The notes: a model not told the origin generated them from the letters alone. A stretch of 54,161 nt of DNA from Verrucomicrobiota bacterium (GCA_039798785.1 JBDKFG010000030.1:1-54161), one strand, 5' to 3'; shown: positions 9,858 through 19,608, counted from the first letter of the stretch. A program made the numbers and translations.

Positions 9858-10954
9858 AAGCATATTCTTATAGTTAAATTGCCCTGATTGTGAATAGCTT
9901 TAAGAACATGGCTTAACTCAGTACCAGACGATGAGCAAGCCGAACCTGTTGAAAAAACTGCCCTATCTTTTTCCTGAAGTACGCAGGCTTCAGCGCTGAA
10001 GTTGGCATGATGAGCTGATATTAAGCTTGGCAGGCAATTGGACTGTTCCACTGTGAAGGCGTAACCAGCGAGCTCAAGTAGAGGAACTACTTGAGCTCGC
10101 CATTCTTCGACCCGTTTTAGCCAGGCTTTGTGTTCCTTGAGGCAAAATTCGCAAGCCAACCCCAACCCGGCAATAAGCGGCACGGCTTGAGTCCCAGACC
10201 GAAGGCCGCGTTCTTGGCCCCCTCCAAATATGATGGGAGTGAGGGGCGGTAGCTTGTAGCGGCGGCGGCGCATGATAAGCGCACCAATGCCCTTGGGGGC
10301 TCCAATTTTGTGGCCACTCATCGAGATCATGTCGATTCGGGAGTGCTTTAGGAATATGAGTTCCTTGGCGAAGCCTTGAGCGGCATCAGTGTGGAAAAAG
10401 GCTTGCGAGTTTCGCAAGCCTTCTCCTATGGCTTGCAAAGGCTGGATGGTCCCGAGTTCGTTGTTTACATGCATGATACTGACCAGAAGAGTGTCGGGGC
10501 GGAGAGCGTCCAGGACTTCACCGGCGTCGACACAACCGTTGATCTGCGGCTTGACCAATGTCACCTTGAAGCCACGCCGTTCCATCTCTTTGAGGGGTTC
10601 AAGCACCGCTTTGTGTTCAATCGCACTAGAAATGATGTGTTTGCGTCCCGTCTCCAATCCGTGCTGAGTGAGCCCGAGGATAGCCAAGTTGTTGGACTCG
10701 GTAGCTCCAGAGGTGAAGATGACTCCGGTGGGGTCATCAAGCCCGATGACCGCGGCAACCTGCTCGCGCGCCTTGTTGACTGCCTTGAGGGCTTCCGATC
10801 CGTAGCTATGGCGGCTGCCGGCATTGCCGAATTCCTGAACCATGTAGTGCATCACCAATTCAGCGATGCGGGGATCTACAGGCGTGGTAGCTGCTCCGTC
10901 GAAGTACTGAGGGCGGCCATCGGGGCGAGGGGGGAGATTGTCAAAGAGACGCAT
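9854..10954 (-). CDS. dndA: Cysteine desulfurase DndA (IscS family)
   Basis: YFDGAATTP, FTSGATESNN, HTDAAQ, SGHK (PLP lysine), GSACSS (catalytic Cys). Start moved to ATG 10954. Divergent from dndB. Confidence 0.92.
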   Translation of the reverse strand: MRLFDNLPPRPDGRPQYFDGAATTPVDPRIAELVMHYMVQEFGNAGSRHSYGSEALKAVNKAREQVAAVIGLDDPTGVIFTSGATESNNLAILGLTQHGLETGRKHIISSAIEHKAVLEPLKEMERRGFKVTLVKPQINGCVDAGEVLDALRPDTLLVSIMHVNNELGTIQPLQAIGEGLRNSQAFFHTDAAQGFAKELIFLKHSRIDMISMSGHKIGAPKGIGALIMRRRRYKLPPLTPIIFGGGQERGLRSGTQAVPLIAGLGLACEFCLKEHKAWLKRVEEWRAQVVPLLELAGYAFTVEQSNCLPSLISAHHANFSAEACVLQEKDRAVFSTGSACSSSGTELSHVLKAIHNQGNLTIRICF

Positions 10955-11032
10955 GTTTGTGACCTTGAAAACAAACAAATGGAAGATATGTTTCGGGGCC
11001 CACAATACCAAGCTTCAAAGGAATGTCTCGCC

Positions 11033-12130
11033 ATGACTCTCGCAAGTGCGAACAACTTTGGCTACACCTTCCCCGCCATCCGCGGCATCCAGGCAGGACG
11101 TGAGTACTACACCACTATGTGCCCCTTGCGGCTGATCCCCAAGATTTTCCTCTTTGACGAGGAAGAGATGCCCGTGGCGATGCGTGCTCAGCGCACCTTG
11201 AACAAGAACCGCTTGCCTGAGATGAGCCGCTACATCCTCGACAACCCTGAGGACTACTGCTTCTCGGCGATCACCGCTTCTATTGACTCCGCGGTGTCAT
11301 TCGAGGCGCTCGGAGGCACTGGCGAAGTCAGCCGTATCGGCTTGTTGCGAGTTCCCATGGACGCCCGCTTTATCATCAACGACGGGCAGCACCGACGCGC
11401 TGCGGTTGAGCAGGCGCTGCGGGAAAACCCTGACCTCGGCAGCGAAACCATCGCGGTGGTGTTCTTCCTGGATCACGGCTTAGCTCGTTGCCAGCAAATG
11501 TTCGCTGACCTCAACCGCTATGCCATCCGCCCCAGCAAGTCGATTGGCGTCCTGTACGATCATCGGGACGACAAAGCCAACCTCACGCGTTTGATGGTGC
11601 TGAAGAGCCCCTTCTTCAAGGACATCGTCGAGTTTGAGAGCAGCACCCTGTCACCTCGCTCTCGCAAGCTATTCACTTTGAGCGCCCTCTACAACGCCAA
11701 TGCTGACCTCTTGGATAATCTGGAGATTCAGAATAGCGAACAAGCCGCGAGTCGTGCCACTGAATACTGGAATGAGGTTTCCAAGTACATCCCTGAATGG
11801 GAGCATGTTCGGCAGCGCAAGACAACCGCTGGAGAGATCCGCCAGGAGTTCATTCACTCTCACGGTATCGTCCTGCAATCCCTGGGGCAAGTCGGCAACA
11901 CCCTGCTTCGCGAGCATCCCGAGGACTGGAAGAAGCGCCTTGCTGACATCGCCAAGATCAATTGGCGCAGAGACAATAGCAAGACCTGGGAAGGACGCGC
12001 GATGGTTGGTGGTCGAGTCACCAAAGGCACTCAGAATGTGGTATTGACCACCAATGTGATCAAGAAATTTCTAAAACTATCGCTGAGCCCAATGGAGCAG
12101 CGCGCAGAAGGAGCATTAAGACATGGCTAA
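11033..12130 (+). CDS. dndB: DNA sulfur modification protein DndB
   Basis: FPAIRGIQAGREYY, RAQRTLNK.R, INDGQHRRAA, QQMFADLNR. True start is ATG 11033; the longer ORF-track frame is antisense to dndA. Confidence 0.95.
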   Translation: MTLASANNFGYTFPAIRGIQAGREYYTTMCPLRLIPKIFLFDEEEMPVAMRAQRTLNKNRLPEMSRYILDNPEDYCFSAITASIDSAVSFEALGGTGEVSRIGLLRVPMDARFIINDGQHRRAAVEQALRENPDLGSETIAVVFFLDHGLARCQQMFADLNRYAIRPSKSIGVLYDHRDDKANLTRLMVLKSPFFKDIVEFESSTLSPRSRKLFTLSALYNANADLLDNLEIQNSEQAASRATEYWNEVSKYIPEWEHVRQRKTTAGEIRQEFIHSHGIVLQSLGQVGNTLLREHPEDWKKRLADIAKINWRRDNSKTWEGRAMVGGRVTKGTQNVVLTTNVIKKFLKLSLSPMEQRAEGALRHG

Positions 12131-13889
12131 GCCCAAGGCTAAGGACATTGAGTCAGCGATGAAAGATGGCGCCAGCGCTTCGGTCAAGAAGCGTCGCACC
12201 GCCTTCGCCGAGCACGGCATGGAGGCAGTCGTCGACTTCATCATCGACGAGATCCAACAGCTCTACCGCGAGGACAACATTCCTTGGGTGATCGGCTACA
12301 GCGGCGGCAAGGACTCCACCGCGATTGCGCAATTGGTTTGGATGGCCCTGAACCGGATGCCAAAGTCCGAACTCAAGAAGCCGGTGCACATCATCAGTAC
12401 CGACACCCTGGTGGAAAACCCGGTGGTCGCCGCTTGGGTCAATGGCTCCTTGGTAGCGATGCGTCAGGCCGCTGACAAGCAGAAAATGCCGGTGATCCCG
12501 CACCGCTTGACGCCGGAAGTCGGCGACACCTTCTGGGTGACTTTGATTGGCAAGGGCTATCCGGCGCCGCGCAACATGTTCCGTTGGTGTACCGACCGTT
12601 TGAAGATCAAGCCCTCGAATACCTTCATCAAGAATGTCGTCAGCGAGGCAGGCGAAGCGATCCTGGTCTTGGGCATGCGAAAGGCCGAGAGCGTCGCCCG
12701 CGCCCGCTCCTTGGCGCGTCACGCCGAGCACTCGGTGCGCGAACGCCTGACCCCGAGCGCCAGCCTCGCGAACTCCCTGATCTACACTCCGATCGAAGAC
12801 TGGAGCGACGACGATGTCTGGCAGTTCCTCCTCCAGGTGCCCAATGCGTGGGGCTACAACAACCAAGATCTGATGGCGATGTATCGTGCCGGCTCGGAAG
12901 ATGGCGAGTGCCCTCTAGTTGTCGACACCTCGACGCCGTCATGCGGCAATAGCCGTTTCGGCTGCTTTGTCTGCACCTTGGTCGACAAGGACAAGTCGAT
13001 GGAAGCGATGCTGCGCAACGACGCCGACAAGGATTGGATGTTGCCGATGCTCGACTTGAGGAACTCCTTGGAGTTCCGCACCGAAGAACTGCGTAAAGAC
13101 GAACGCGCCCGTCGCAGCTTCCGCCGCATCAACGGCAGCTTGACGGCTCATGTACATAATGTCACTCCAAGATTCAATACTAAAATCCCTCACAATGTAG
13201 ATGGACTATCCAAAAATATTGGAACGGAAAAAGAGCCCAATTTGGTGTGCACTATCGATTCCCGCGCTAAAAGAATTCCAGCTTGCGATTTGATGCAAAA
13301 TAAAGTTAAAGTCGCTGAGCTCTACTTGGTCCACGGTCCCTACACTCAGGAAGCTCGCGCTGAGCTACTGAAGAAGCTGCTGGAGACACAGAAGATCGTC
13401 CGTGAAATCGGCCCCAAAGAGGCCACCGAGATTGAGCTGATCAGCCTAGACGAGCTGCAGGAGATCCGCCGCATCTGGGTCAACGAGAAGCACGAGATTG
13501 AAGATCTGGTGCCCTTGATCTGGAAGGAAGTGATGGAGTCCGATTACCCCGGTGACCCCGTCGATGAGGACCTCTTGTATGACAAGGAGACCCTCGACCT
13601 CCTCAAGGAAGAATGCGGCAAGGAGCACGGCGAACTGGTCTACGAGCTGGCTCGCAACCTCCTCGATGTGGAGCGTCAATTCCGCACCCATGTCAACCGC
13701 CGTGGTCTCTTCAGTAAGCTGGAGGCCACGGTCAAAACTTGCTTCTACGACGACGAGCTGGATGCGCTCGACTACAAGATCAAGATGGATAGCATCCGCA
13801 AAGCCGGAGACGAAGCCGAGCATTTGGAAGGAAGCGACGCGGCCAGCCATCTCCCGGATGCGCCGATCAGTGAGGAGTGCGAGGCATGA
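12123..13889 (+). CDS. dndC: DNA phosphorothioation sulfurtransferase DndC
   Basis: PWVIGYSGGKDS PP-loop, FRWCTDRLKI.P, ECPLVVD..TPSCGNSRFGC..CT. Confidence 0.96.
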   Translation: MAKPKAKDIESAMKDGASASVKKRRTAFAEHGMEAVVDFIIDEIQQLYREDNIPWVIGYSGGKDSTAIAQLVWMALNRMPKSELKKPVHIISTDTLVENPVVAAWVNGSLVAMRQAADKQKMPVIPHRLTPEVGDTFWVTLIGKGYPAPRNMFRWCTDRLKIKPSNTFIKNVVSEAGEAILVLGMRKAESVARARSLARHAEHSVRERLTPSASLANSLIYTPIEDWSDDDVWQFLLQVPNAWGYNNQDLMAMYRAGSEDGECPLVVDTSTPSCGNSRFGCFVCTLVDKDKSMEAMLRNDADKDWMLPMLDLRNSLEFRTEELRKDERARRSFRRINGSLTAHVHNVTPRFNTKIPHNVDGLSKNIGTEKEPNLVCTIDSRAKRIPACDLMQNKVKVAELYLVHGPYTQEARAELLKKLLETQKIVREIGPKEATEIELISLDELQEIRRIWVNEKHEIEDLVPLIWKEVMESDYPGDPVDEDLLYDKETLDLLKEECGKEHGELVYELARNLLDVERQFRTHVNRRGLFSKLEATVKTCFYDDELDALDYKIKMDSIRKAGDEAEHLEGSDAASHLPDAPISEECEA

Positions 13890-14620
13890 ACAGCGAAACC
13901 AAATCACTCCCCGGCTGGCCAATTCCCGGGGACAACAGCCGGAAGTTGCTGGCGCAGTTGGATGCCTTGAACCGGTTGCTGTTACGCGGCGAAGAACCGA
14001 TGCCGCAGGACCTCAGCGCCGTGCAGGAAGTGCTGTGGCGAATGGCTCGCGCCGAGCGTCTGGCGATTGCCACTCGACTGGAGCTGAAACGACGCTGGGA
14101 AGCCGCCGTATTGGCGGCTCATCTGCCTCATTACCACAACGAAATCAGTCCCCTGGTCCTGCCGATGGGAATGATCGAAGCTGTGCTTGAGCCTCGAGCT
14201 ACAGCTCGCGGCTTGTCACCGGAAGACTTCGTCCGGCAACCGGAATTCATCGAGCTGCTGGATGTCGAATTGTTGAGCCGATTGCTTGACGAAGAGACCG
14301 CTCGTCGGGCCTTAGATTTCGACTCTCCTGCGCACCCCGTTGAGCTGGCGCCGCGACTCTGCCGTGATTTCGACCAAGAAGAACATAGCGGAGATGATGG
14401 CCACCAGGATCTCTTCGCTCTAGCCATCCTTCTCAACCAGCGCTTGCGAATCGCTCTTTGTCAGCAATTGCACTTCCATTTTGTCGACAACGACGAAGCT
14501 GGTGGAGTGCTACTGCGTGCGGGGGATCTCCTCGCGGAGGACACGGAGCGTGAAGACCTTCGCCACTGGTGCCTTGGTGCAGGCGAAGCCCTGCAGTATT
14601 TCGGCAGCATTGCCGGATGA
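13886..14620 (+). CDS. Hypothetical protein inserted between dndC and dndD (244 aa)
   Basis: ATGA overlap with the dndC stop; no motif recognised. Confidence 0.65.
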   Translation: MNSETKSLPGWPIPGDNSRKLLAQLDALNRLLLRGEEPMPQDLSAVQEVLWRMARAERLAIATRLELKRRWEAAVLAAHLPHYHNEISPLVLPMGMIEAVLEPRATARGLSPEDFVRQPEFIELLDVELLSRLLDEETARRALDFDSPAHPVELAPRLCRDFDQEEHSGDDGHQDLFALAILLNQRLRIALCQQLHFHFVDNDEAGGVLLRAGDLLAEDTEREDLRHWCLGAGEALQYFGSIAG

Positions 14621-14710
14621 AAGCGCCGCTTCATCAAGCGAGCGACACCTGGCACGAAGGCGGGACTCCCAGACTTCACATTTTTCACTTCCTAACGTAC
14701 TGAGCTTCTC

Positions 14711-16681
14711 ATGATCTTTGAAGAAATCATTCTCCACAATGTCGGCGTCTTCAAGGGCGAACATCGCGTCCTCTTGGACCCCAAGGCAAACCGCCCGATC
14801 ATTCTGATCGGCGGCATGAACGGTGCCGGCAAGACCACCTTCCTCGAATCCCTCCAGCTTGCTCTCTACGGCAAGCTGGCCTCGGCCGGCCGCATGAGCG
14901 GCCTCAGCTACGAGGAATACCTGCGCCGTTTGATCAACCGCCATTCTCCCCCCAAACAAGGGGCGGCAGTAACCCTCACTTTCCGCATTCATGAAGAAGG
15001 CAAGGAGCGCCGCTACAGCGTCAAGCGCCTGTGGTCGGAATCGGGAGCACGCATCAAAGAGAGCTGCGAAGTTCACATCGATGGCATCTTCGATCAAGTT
15101 GTCAGCGACACATGGCAGGAACGCGTCGGCCGTTTCATCCCGCACCAGATGGCGCACCTCTTCTTCTTCGACGGCGACCGCATCGAAGCGCTTGCGGACC
15201 CGGCAAAATCTGCCGAGGTACTGCGCACCGCCATCGACGCCCTGCTGGGCGTCGACCTGGTAGACATGCTGTGCAACGACCTCAAGGCCTTGAAGCAGAA
15301 GGCGACCAAGGACAAATCCAGCGACAAGGGCAAAGAGAAGCTCGAAGAGCTAGAAGGCCCGCTTCAGCAGAAGCGCAACGATCTGGACAACGCAAAGCAG
15401 GACAAGGCGCAGGCCGTGGCGGAACGGGATCGACTGCAAGCCAAGCTGGCAGTCCTTGATAAAACCTACCGCGAGCAAGGTGGTGAACTGGCTGAGAAAG
15501 AAGCCCAGATGCGCCGCGACCGTGATGTCGCCGCCAAGGAACGCGAGGCAGCGACTCAGCAGCTCCTTGAACTTGCCGCGCAAGATCTCCCCCTAAACCT
15601 TTGCCGAAGCCTTATCGAGCAGACATTGGAGCAGTGCCGTCAGGAACTCGTTTCCTCTGAGGGCGAGCGCCTTAAGGAAGCAGTGAAGAGCAAGATGGCG
15701 GAGGTGATTCGCCGCCTGAAGACTCTGGATCTGGGGACCAAACTACTGAAACAGGTTCAGCTCGAAATCGAGCAGGGCTTACTCAGTGCGGATGAAGCCG
15801 GCGTCAAGCGTTATCTGCTCTTGACTGCGAGCGGAGAAGGCCGCTTGCGCACCCTGATCGACGAACTTCTCGCCGAGCAGAAAGTGCGCGGCAAGAACCT
15901 GGTGAAGCTGTACCGCGAGGCGGAAGAGAAAGTCGTCAAGCTTGACCGTATGCTGGCTGCCGTCCCTGATGCCGGCTCCCTGGAGCAAGTCCTGAAGGAG
16001 CGCGAAGCCACCCGCCAAAGCCTCACGCAAGTGCAGGTGCGACTGGAGATTCGAGACGCCGAAATCGCCAACCTGGAAAAAGAACACGCGGTGCTGATGA
16101 CCAAGCTCGACAGACAGTACGAAGCCGAACACCGACGCCAGATCGAGAACAGCGACTACGAACGCCTGGCAACCCACAGCGACCGTGTCCGACGCGCCCT
16201 TGAGCGTTTTCGCGCCAAGGTCACGGAGAAACACACTCACCGTCTCGAGAAACTGATCCTGGAGAGCTTCCAAGAGCTGCTGCGGAAAAAAGGGATGATT
16301 GCCGCAATCGAAATCGAACCGCAAACCTGCGTCGTCACCCTGCGTGACGACAGCGGCCGCATCCTCAACCCCGAACGACTGTCGATGGGCGAACGACAGC
16401 TCCTCGCCGTGGCGATGCTTTGGGGCATGGCCAAAGCCTCCAACCGCCTTCTGCCGGTGATCATCGACACCCCGCTCGGGCGTCTCGACAGTGAACACCG
16501 TAGCAAGCTTGTCGACAGCTACTTCCCGAAGGCCAGCCACCAGGTCTTCCTTCTCTCCACCGACGAGGAGATCACCGACAAATACCTGGAACGCCTGAAG
16601 GAATCCATCGGACGCAGCTACTCGATTGAGTTCGACAACAAGGCCCAAAGCAGCCGCATCCGCGAAGGGTACTTCGCATGA
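14711..16681 (+). CDS. dndD: DNA sulfur modification ATPase DndD
   Basis: ILIGGMNGAGKTT, LFFFDGD, LSMGERQ, IIDTPLGRLDS.HR, YFPKASHQV.LLSTDEE, terminal EGYF. Confidence 0.96.
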   Translation: MIFEEIILHNVGVFKGEHRVLLDPKANRPIILIGGMNGAGKTTFLESLQLALYGKLASAGRMSGLSYEEYLRRLINRHSPPKQGAAVTLTFRIHEEGKERRYSVKRLWSESGARIKESCEVHIDGIFDQVVSDTWQERVGRFIPHQMAHLFFFDGDRIEALADPAKSAEVLRTAIDALLGVDLVDMLCNDLKALKQKATKDKSSDKGKEKLEELEGPLQQKRNDLDNAKQDKAQAVAERDRLQAKLAVLDKTYREQGGELAEKEAQMRRDRDVAAKEREAATQQLLELAAQDLPLNLCRSLIEQTLEQCRQELVSSEGERLKEAVKSKMAEVIRRLKTLDLGTKLLKQVQLEIEQGLLSADEAGVKRYLLLTASGEGRLRTLIDELLAEQKVRGKNLVKLYREAEEKVVKLDRMLAAVPDAGSLEQVLKEREATRQSLTQVQVRLEIRDAEIANLEKEHAVLMTKLDRQYEAEHRRQIENSDYERLATHSDRVRRALERFRAKVTEKHTHRLEKLILESFQELLRKKGMIAAIEIEPQTCVVTLRDDSGRILNPERLSMGERQLLAVAMLWGMAKASNRLLPVIIDTPLGRLDSEHRSKLVDSYFPKASHQVFLLSTDEEITDKYLERLKESIGRSYSIEFDNKAQSSRIREGYFA

Positions 16682-17061
16682 CATCCACAGTTCAAGCCAG
16701 CAGAGAGGTCACCATGTCAAAACATGACAAACGCCCTTTGAAGGAGTTGCAACTGCAATGCCTATGTGCTGACCCAGCTTGGATGGGCAGCTCGCTCCAA
16801 TTCAGTGCTCGACTGTACTGGAAAGGCGACTGGGTGGCGGATGTCAGCAACGAGGGGAATGGTGGCGACCACACGATCTTCTGGAAAGAGAAGAAGGCTG
16901 AGTCCGAGATCCTTGCCGCCCTGAAGTGTCTTCCGCAGGAGCGGGAGCTTTGGCCCCTTGCCCTGGATGAGATCCAGCATCTACCTGCCCACCCTTGCGC
17001 CTCTCTGAATGTGGATTGGGTCATTGATTACACCATCCCCCCGCACTACTACGGTCTTTGA
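16678..17061 (+). CDS. Hypothetical protein inserted between dndD and dndE (127 aa)
   Basis: ATGA overlap with the dndD stop (alternative start at 16714); contains FSARLY.KG..VADVSNEGNGG. Confidence 0.6.
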   Translation: MTSTVQASREVTMSKHDKRPLKELQLQCLCADPAWMGSSLQFSARLYWKGDWVADVSNEGNGGDHTIFWKEKKAESEILAALKCLPQERELWPLALDEIQHLPAHPCASLNVDWVIDYTIPPHYYGL

Positions 17062-17085
17062 TCGTTCAATTTTTAGGAGCCCATC

Positions 17086-17460
17086 ATGATTGTCGAAACC
17101 GTCCGAGTCTCCCAACGCGCCCGAGATCACCTGATCGCGCTTAAGCGCCACACCAAGATCGAAAACTGGAATGTGCTTTGCCGCTGGGCCCTGATGGTCT
17201 CGCTGAAGAATCCTGATCGTCCTACAAAGTCAACTCCAGGAGCTGATAGCAACATAGAAATGAGTTGGCGAACCTTTGCGGGTGCCAATGATGAAGTGAT
17301 CACTGCCTTGGTCAAGCAACGCTGCGTTATTGACGGAATTGATCCTAATCCAGAAAATTATGCCGAAGAGCTTAAACTGCATCTCCAGCGAGGTATTACT
17401 GCTCTTTTCGCGAACAAGGAAATCAAGTCGATTGCGGATCTTGTGGAGCTGGCGTTGTAA
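17086..17460 (+). CDS. dndE: DNA sulfur modification protein DndE
   Basis: LKRHTKIENWNVLCRWAL..SL, IEMSWRTFAG, HLQRGI; AGGAG RBS. Confidence 0.95.
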   Translation: MIVETVRVSQRARDHLIALKRHTKIENWNVLCRWALMVSLKNPDRPTKSTPGADSNIEMSWRTFAGANDEVITALVKQRCVIDGIDPNPENYAEELKLHLQRGITALFANKEIKSIADLVELAL

Positions 17461-17530
17461 CTGCTAGATTCTCGTCAATCCCCTGCTATATTCTCCTGTT
17501 TCGCGAGATTTTTTCACAGGAGACGGGTAG

Positions 17531-18913
17531 ATGATCCTCAAATTCAGCGTGAGTGGCTTCCGGAGCTTTGGCTCGGACGAGGCGGTCCTGGACTTGCGTC
17601 CCTCGAAACGCCACAGTCAACACCCGGAGCACCTGCGTCAAGCGGCGGTGGGCACGGTTCTGCCAGTGGCAGTCATCTATGGCGCCAATGCCTCGGGCAA
17701 GTCCAATCTGGTGCGCGCCCTGAGCCTGCTGCAAGCCTTGGTGCTGCGCGGCGTCGCCACCGGACACCAGATCCTGTTGCAGCCGCATCGCCTGGCCGGC
17801 GAAGAGCCCCTGCCGGTGCGTTTGGAGCTGTCGTTCAGCCATCAGGGCGCGGTCTATCAGTACGGCTTGCTGATCAGCTCGCCAACTCGCGTCGAAGAGG
17901 AGTGGTTGACTTGCGTGCCGGGACGAGGCAAGGAGAAGATCCTGTTTGAACGGGTCACCCGCGAAGACCGCGTCGAAGTCGAGTGCGGTCCCTTGCTGGC
18001 CAAGACCAAGGATCAGAGGCTGCGCATCGGCTTCATCGCTGAAGGCACCAGCCCGGAACAGATCTTCCTACACAAGCTCCACGACAACCGCGTCGATGCG
18101 GTCAAGCCGGTCATTGATTGGTTCCGCGAAGAACTGCAGATCCTCACCCCCGACTCCCAGTGCCAGACCTTGCACAAGCTCTGCCGCGAGGATGAGCCGG
18201 CGCGTGACTTCCTCCAGGAATTGCTGCGCGTCGCCGACACCGGCATTGACGCACTGGATAGCAAGATGTCGCCCTTCGACCTGGAGAAGCCGGGCAACCT
18301 GCCCTTGGCCGTGCAGCAGTTTCTCGCTTCGATCCTCGCCGAGAATCCGCAGGCGGTGGGGCGAATCGCCGAGCTTTCCGGGACTCCCGGCCAAAAGCTG
18401 GCGAAGAACTACCTCTACCGCCACCCGGACGGCCGCTTGGAGTTGGAGACCCTGCACACCACCCACAAAGGCAAGGCCGGCTCAGCGAGGCAATTCAACC
18501 TCGATGATGAGTCCGACGGCACCCTGCGCCTCCTGCACCTGGGTCCCAGTTTCCAGACCTTGACCCAGGGCAAGGGAGTGTTTGTCATCGACGAGCTGGA
18601 CCGCAGTCTCCACCCGATGCTCAGCAAGCACCTGCTGAAGCTCTTCCTCGCGGCCAGTGCCGAGGGAGCGGAGAGCCAGTTGCTCTTCACCACACACGAC
18701 ACGCACATCCTCGACCAGGAGCTGATCCGGCGCGACGAGGTCTTCTTCGTCGAGAAGGATCAGGAGGGCTCCAGCCACATCGAGTGCTTGGTCAATTACG
18801 ACTTCCCGGTGCGCAAGGATCTGAGGCTGGAGAAGGGCTATCTACAGGGCCGTTTCGGCGCCATTCCCTTCCTTGGGGATGTCCGCTCGCTGCTGCCGCA
18901 AAAGAAGGCCTGA
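17531..18913 (+). CDS. AAA_21-type ATPase (RloA/AbiLi-like)
   Basis: IYGANASGKSN, ESDGT, IDELDRSLHP, QLLFTTH, YLQGRFGAIP. Confidence 0.88.
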   Translation: MILKFSVSGFRSFGSDEAVLDLRPSKRHSQHPEHLRQAAVGTVLPVAVIYGANASGKSNLVRALSLLQALVLRGVATGHQILLQPHRLAGEEPLPVRLELSFSHQGAVYQYGLLISSPTRVEEEWLTCVPGRGKEKILFERVTREDRVEVECGPLLAKTKDQRLRIGFIAEGTSPEQIFLHKLHDNRVDAVKPVIDWFREELQILTPDSQCQTLHKLCREDEPARDFLQELLRVADTGIDALDSKMSPFDLEKPGNLPLAVQQFLASILAENPQAVGRIAELSGTPGQKLAKNYLYRHPDGRLELETLHTTHKGKAGSARQFNLDDESDGTLRLLHLGPSFQTLTQGKGVFVIDELDRSLHPMLSKHLLKLFLAASAEGAESQLLFTTHDTHILDQELIRRDEVFFVEKDQEGSSHIECLVNYDFPVRKDLRLEKGYLQGRFGAIPFLGDVRSLLPQKKA

Positions 18914-18916
18914 CGC

Positions 18917-19567
18917 ATGGGCTTAACCTCTCGCAAGCCGATCAGCGTCAAGCGCGAAGAGCCGAAGAAGCTCCGCGACGCCCGACTGATCGTCATCGCC
19001 AGCGAAGACCGCTACGCCCCCGCCCAGTATTTCGCCATCTTTCACTCCACCCGCCTCAAGATCAAGGTGCTGCCCACGGAGGACTGCCAATCCTCGCCGC
19101 AGCATGTGATGGCCCGTCTGGAGCGCTTCTGCGACGACTTGCGCGGTGACTACGACGACGGCGACTGCTTCTGGCTGGTCCTCGATACCGACCGCTGGGT
19201 GAGGGAGAACCACACACCCAATCTCACCACCGTGATCCAGCAGGCCCGCAAGCGGAAATTCCAGACGGCGATCAGCAATCCCTCTTTCGAGATCTGGCTG
19301 CTCCTCCACCTGGTCGATCTCGCCAAGGCGATTCCGGATGAAACTCAACGAGCTGCACGCTTCCCGCACAGCGACGCGGTCGAAACAGAGTTGCGCCGCC
19401 TGCTGGGGGCCTACAACAAACGCGCCGTGAACCCTGGCGACTTCATCAACCGAGTTGAAGAGGCGATGAAACACGCCGAGAAGCTGCCTCATCCGGTCAA
19501 TGGCTGGCCGCAGTCCCCCGGCACGCAAGTGTTGCATCTGGTCGAGCAGATCCGAGCCATGCTCTGA
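18917..19567 (+). CDS. rloB: RloB-family (TOPRIM-like) protein
   Basis: IVIASE...YF, WLVLDTD, SNPSFEIWLLLH, P.TQV..LV; directly follows the ATPase. Confidence 0.85.
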   Translation: MGLTSRKPISVKREEPKKLRDARLIVIASEDRYAPAQYFAIFHSTRLKIKVLPTEDCQSSPQHVMARLERFCDDLRGDYDDGDCFWLVLDTDRWVRENHTPNLTTVIQQARKRKFQTAISNPSFEIWLLLHLVDLAKAIPDETQRAARFPHSDAVETELRRLLGAYNKRAVNPGDFINRVEEAMKHAEKLPHPVNGWPQSPGTQVLHLVEQIRAML

Positions 19568-19608
19568 CGTCCCAATGTGGATAAGAAAGTTGACAGAGGG
19601 AGTTCCCT

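Noticed and set aside
10376..11032. 219-aa N-terminal extension of DndB in the ORF track
   Set aside because: It is the antisense frame of dndA plus the intergenic gap; DndB similarity starts at ATG 11033
13150..13320. Mini-intein in DndC
   Set aside because: Too short, and lacks the N-terminal Cys/Ser and C-terminal HN-C/S/T splice junctions
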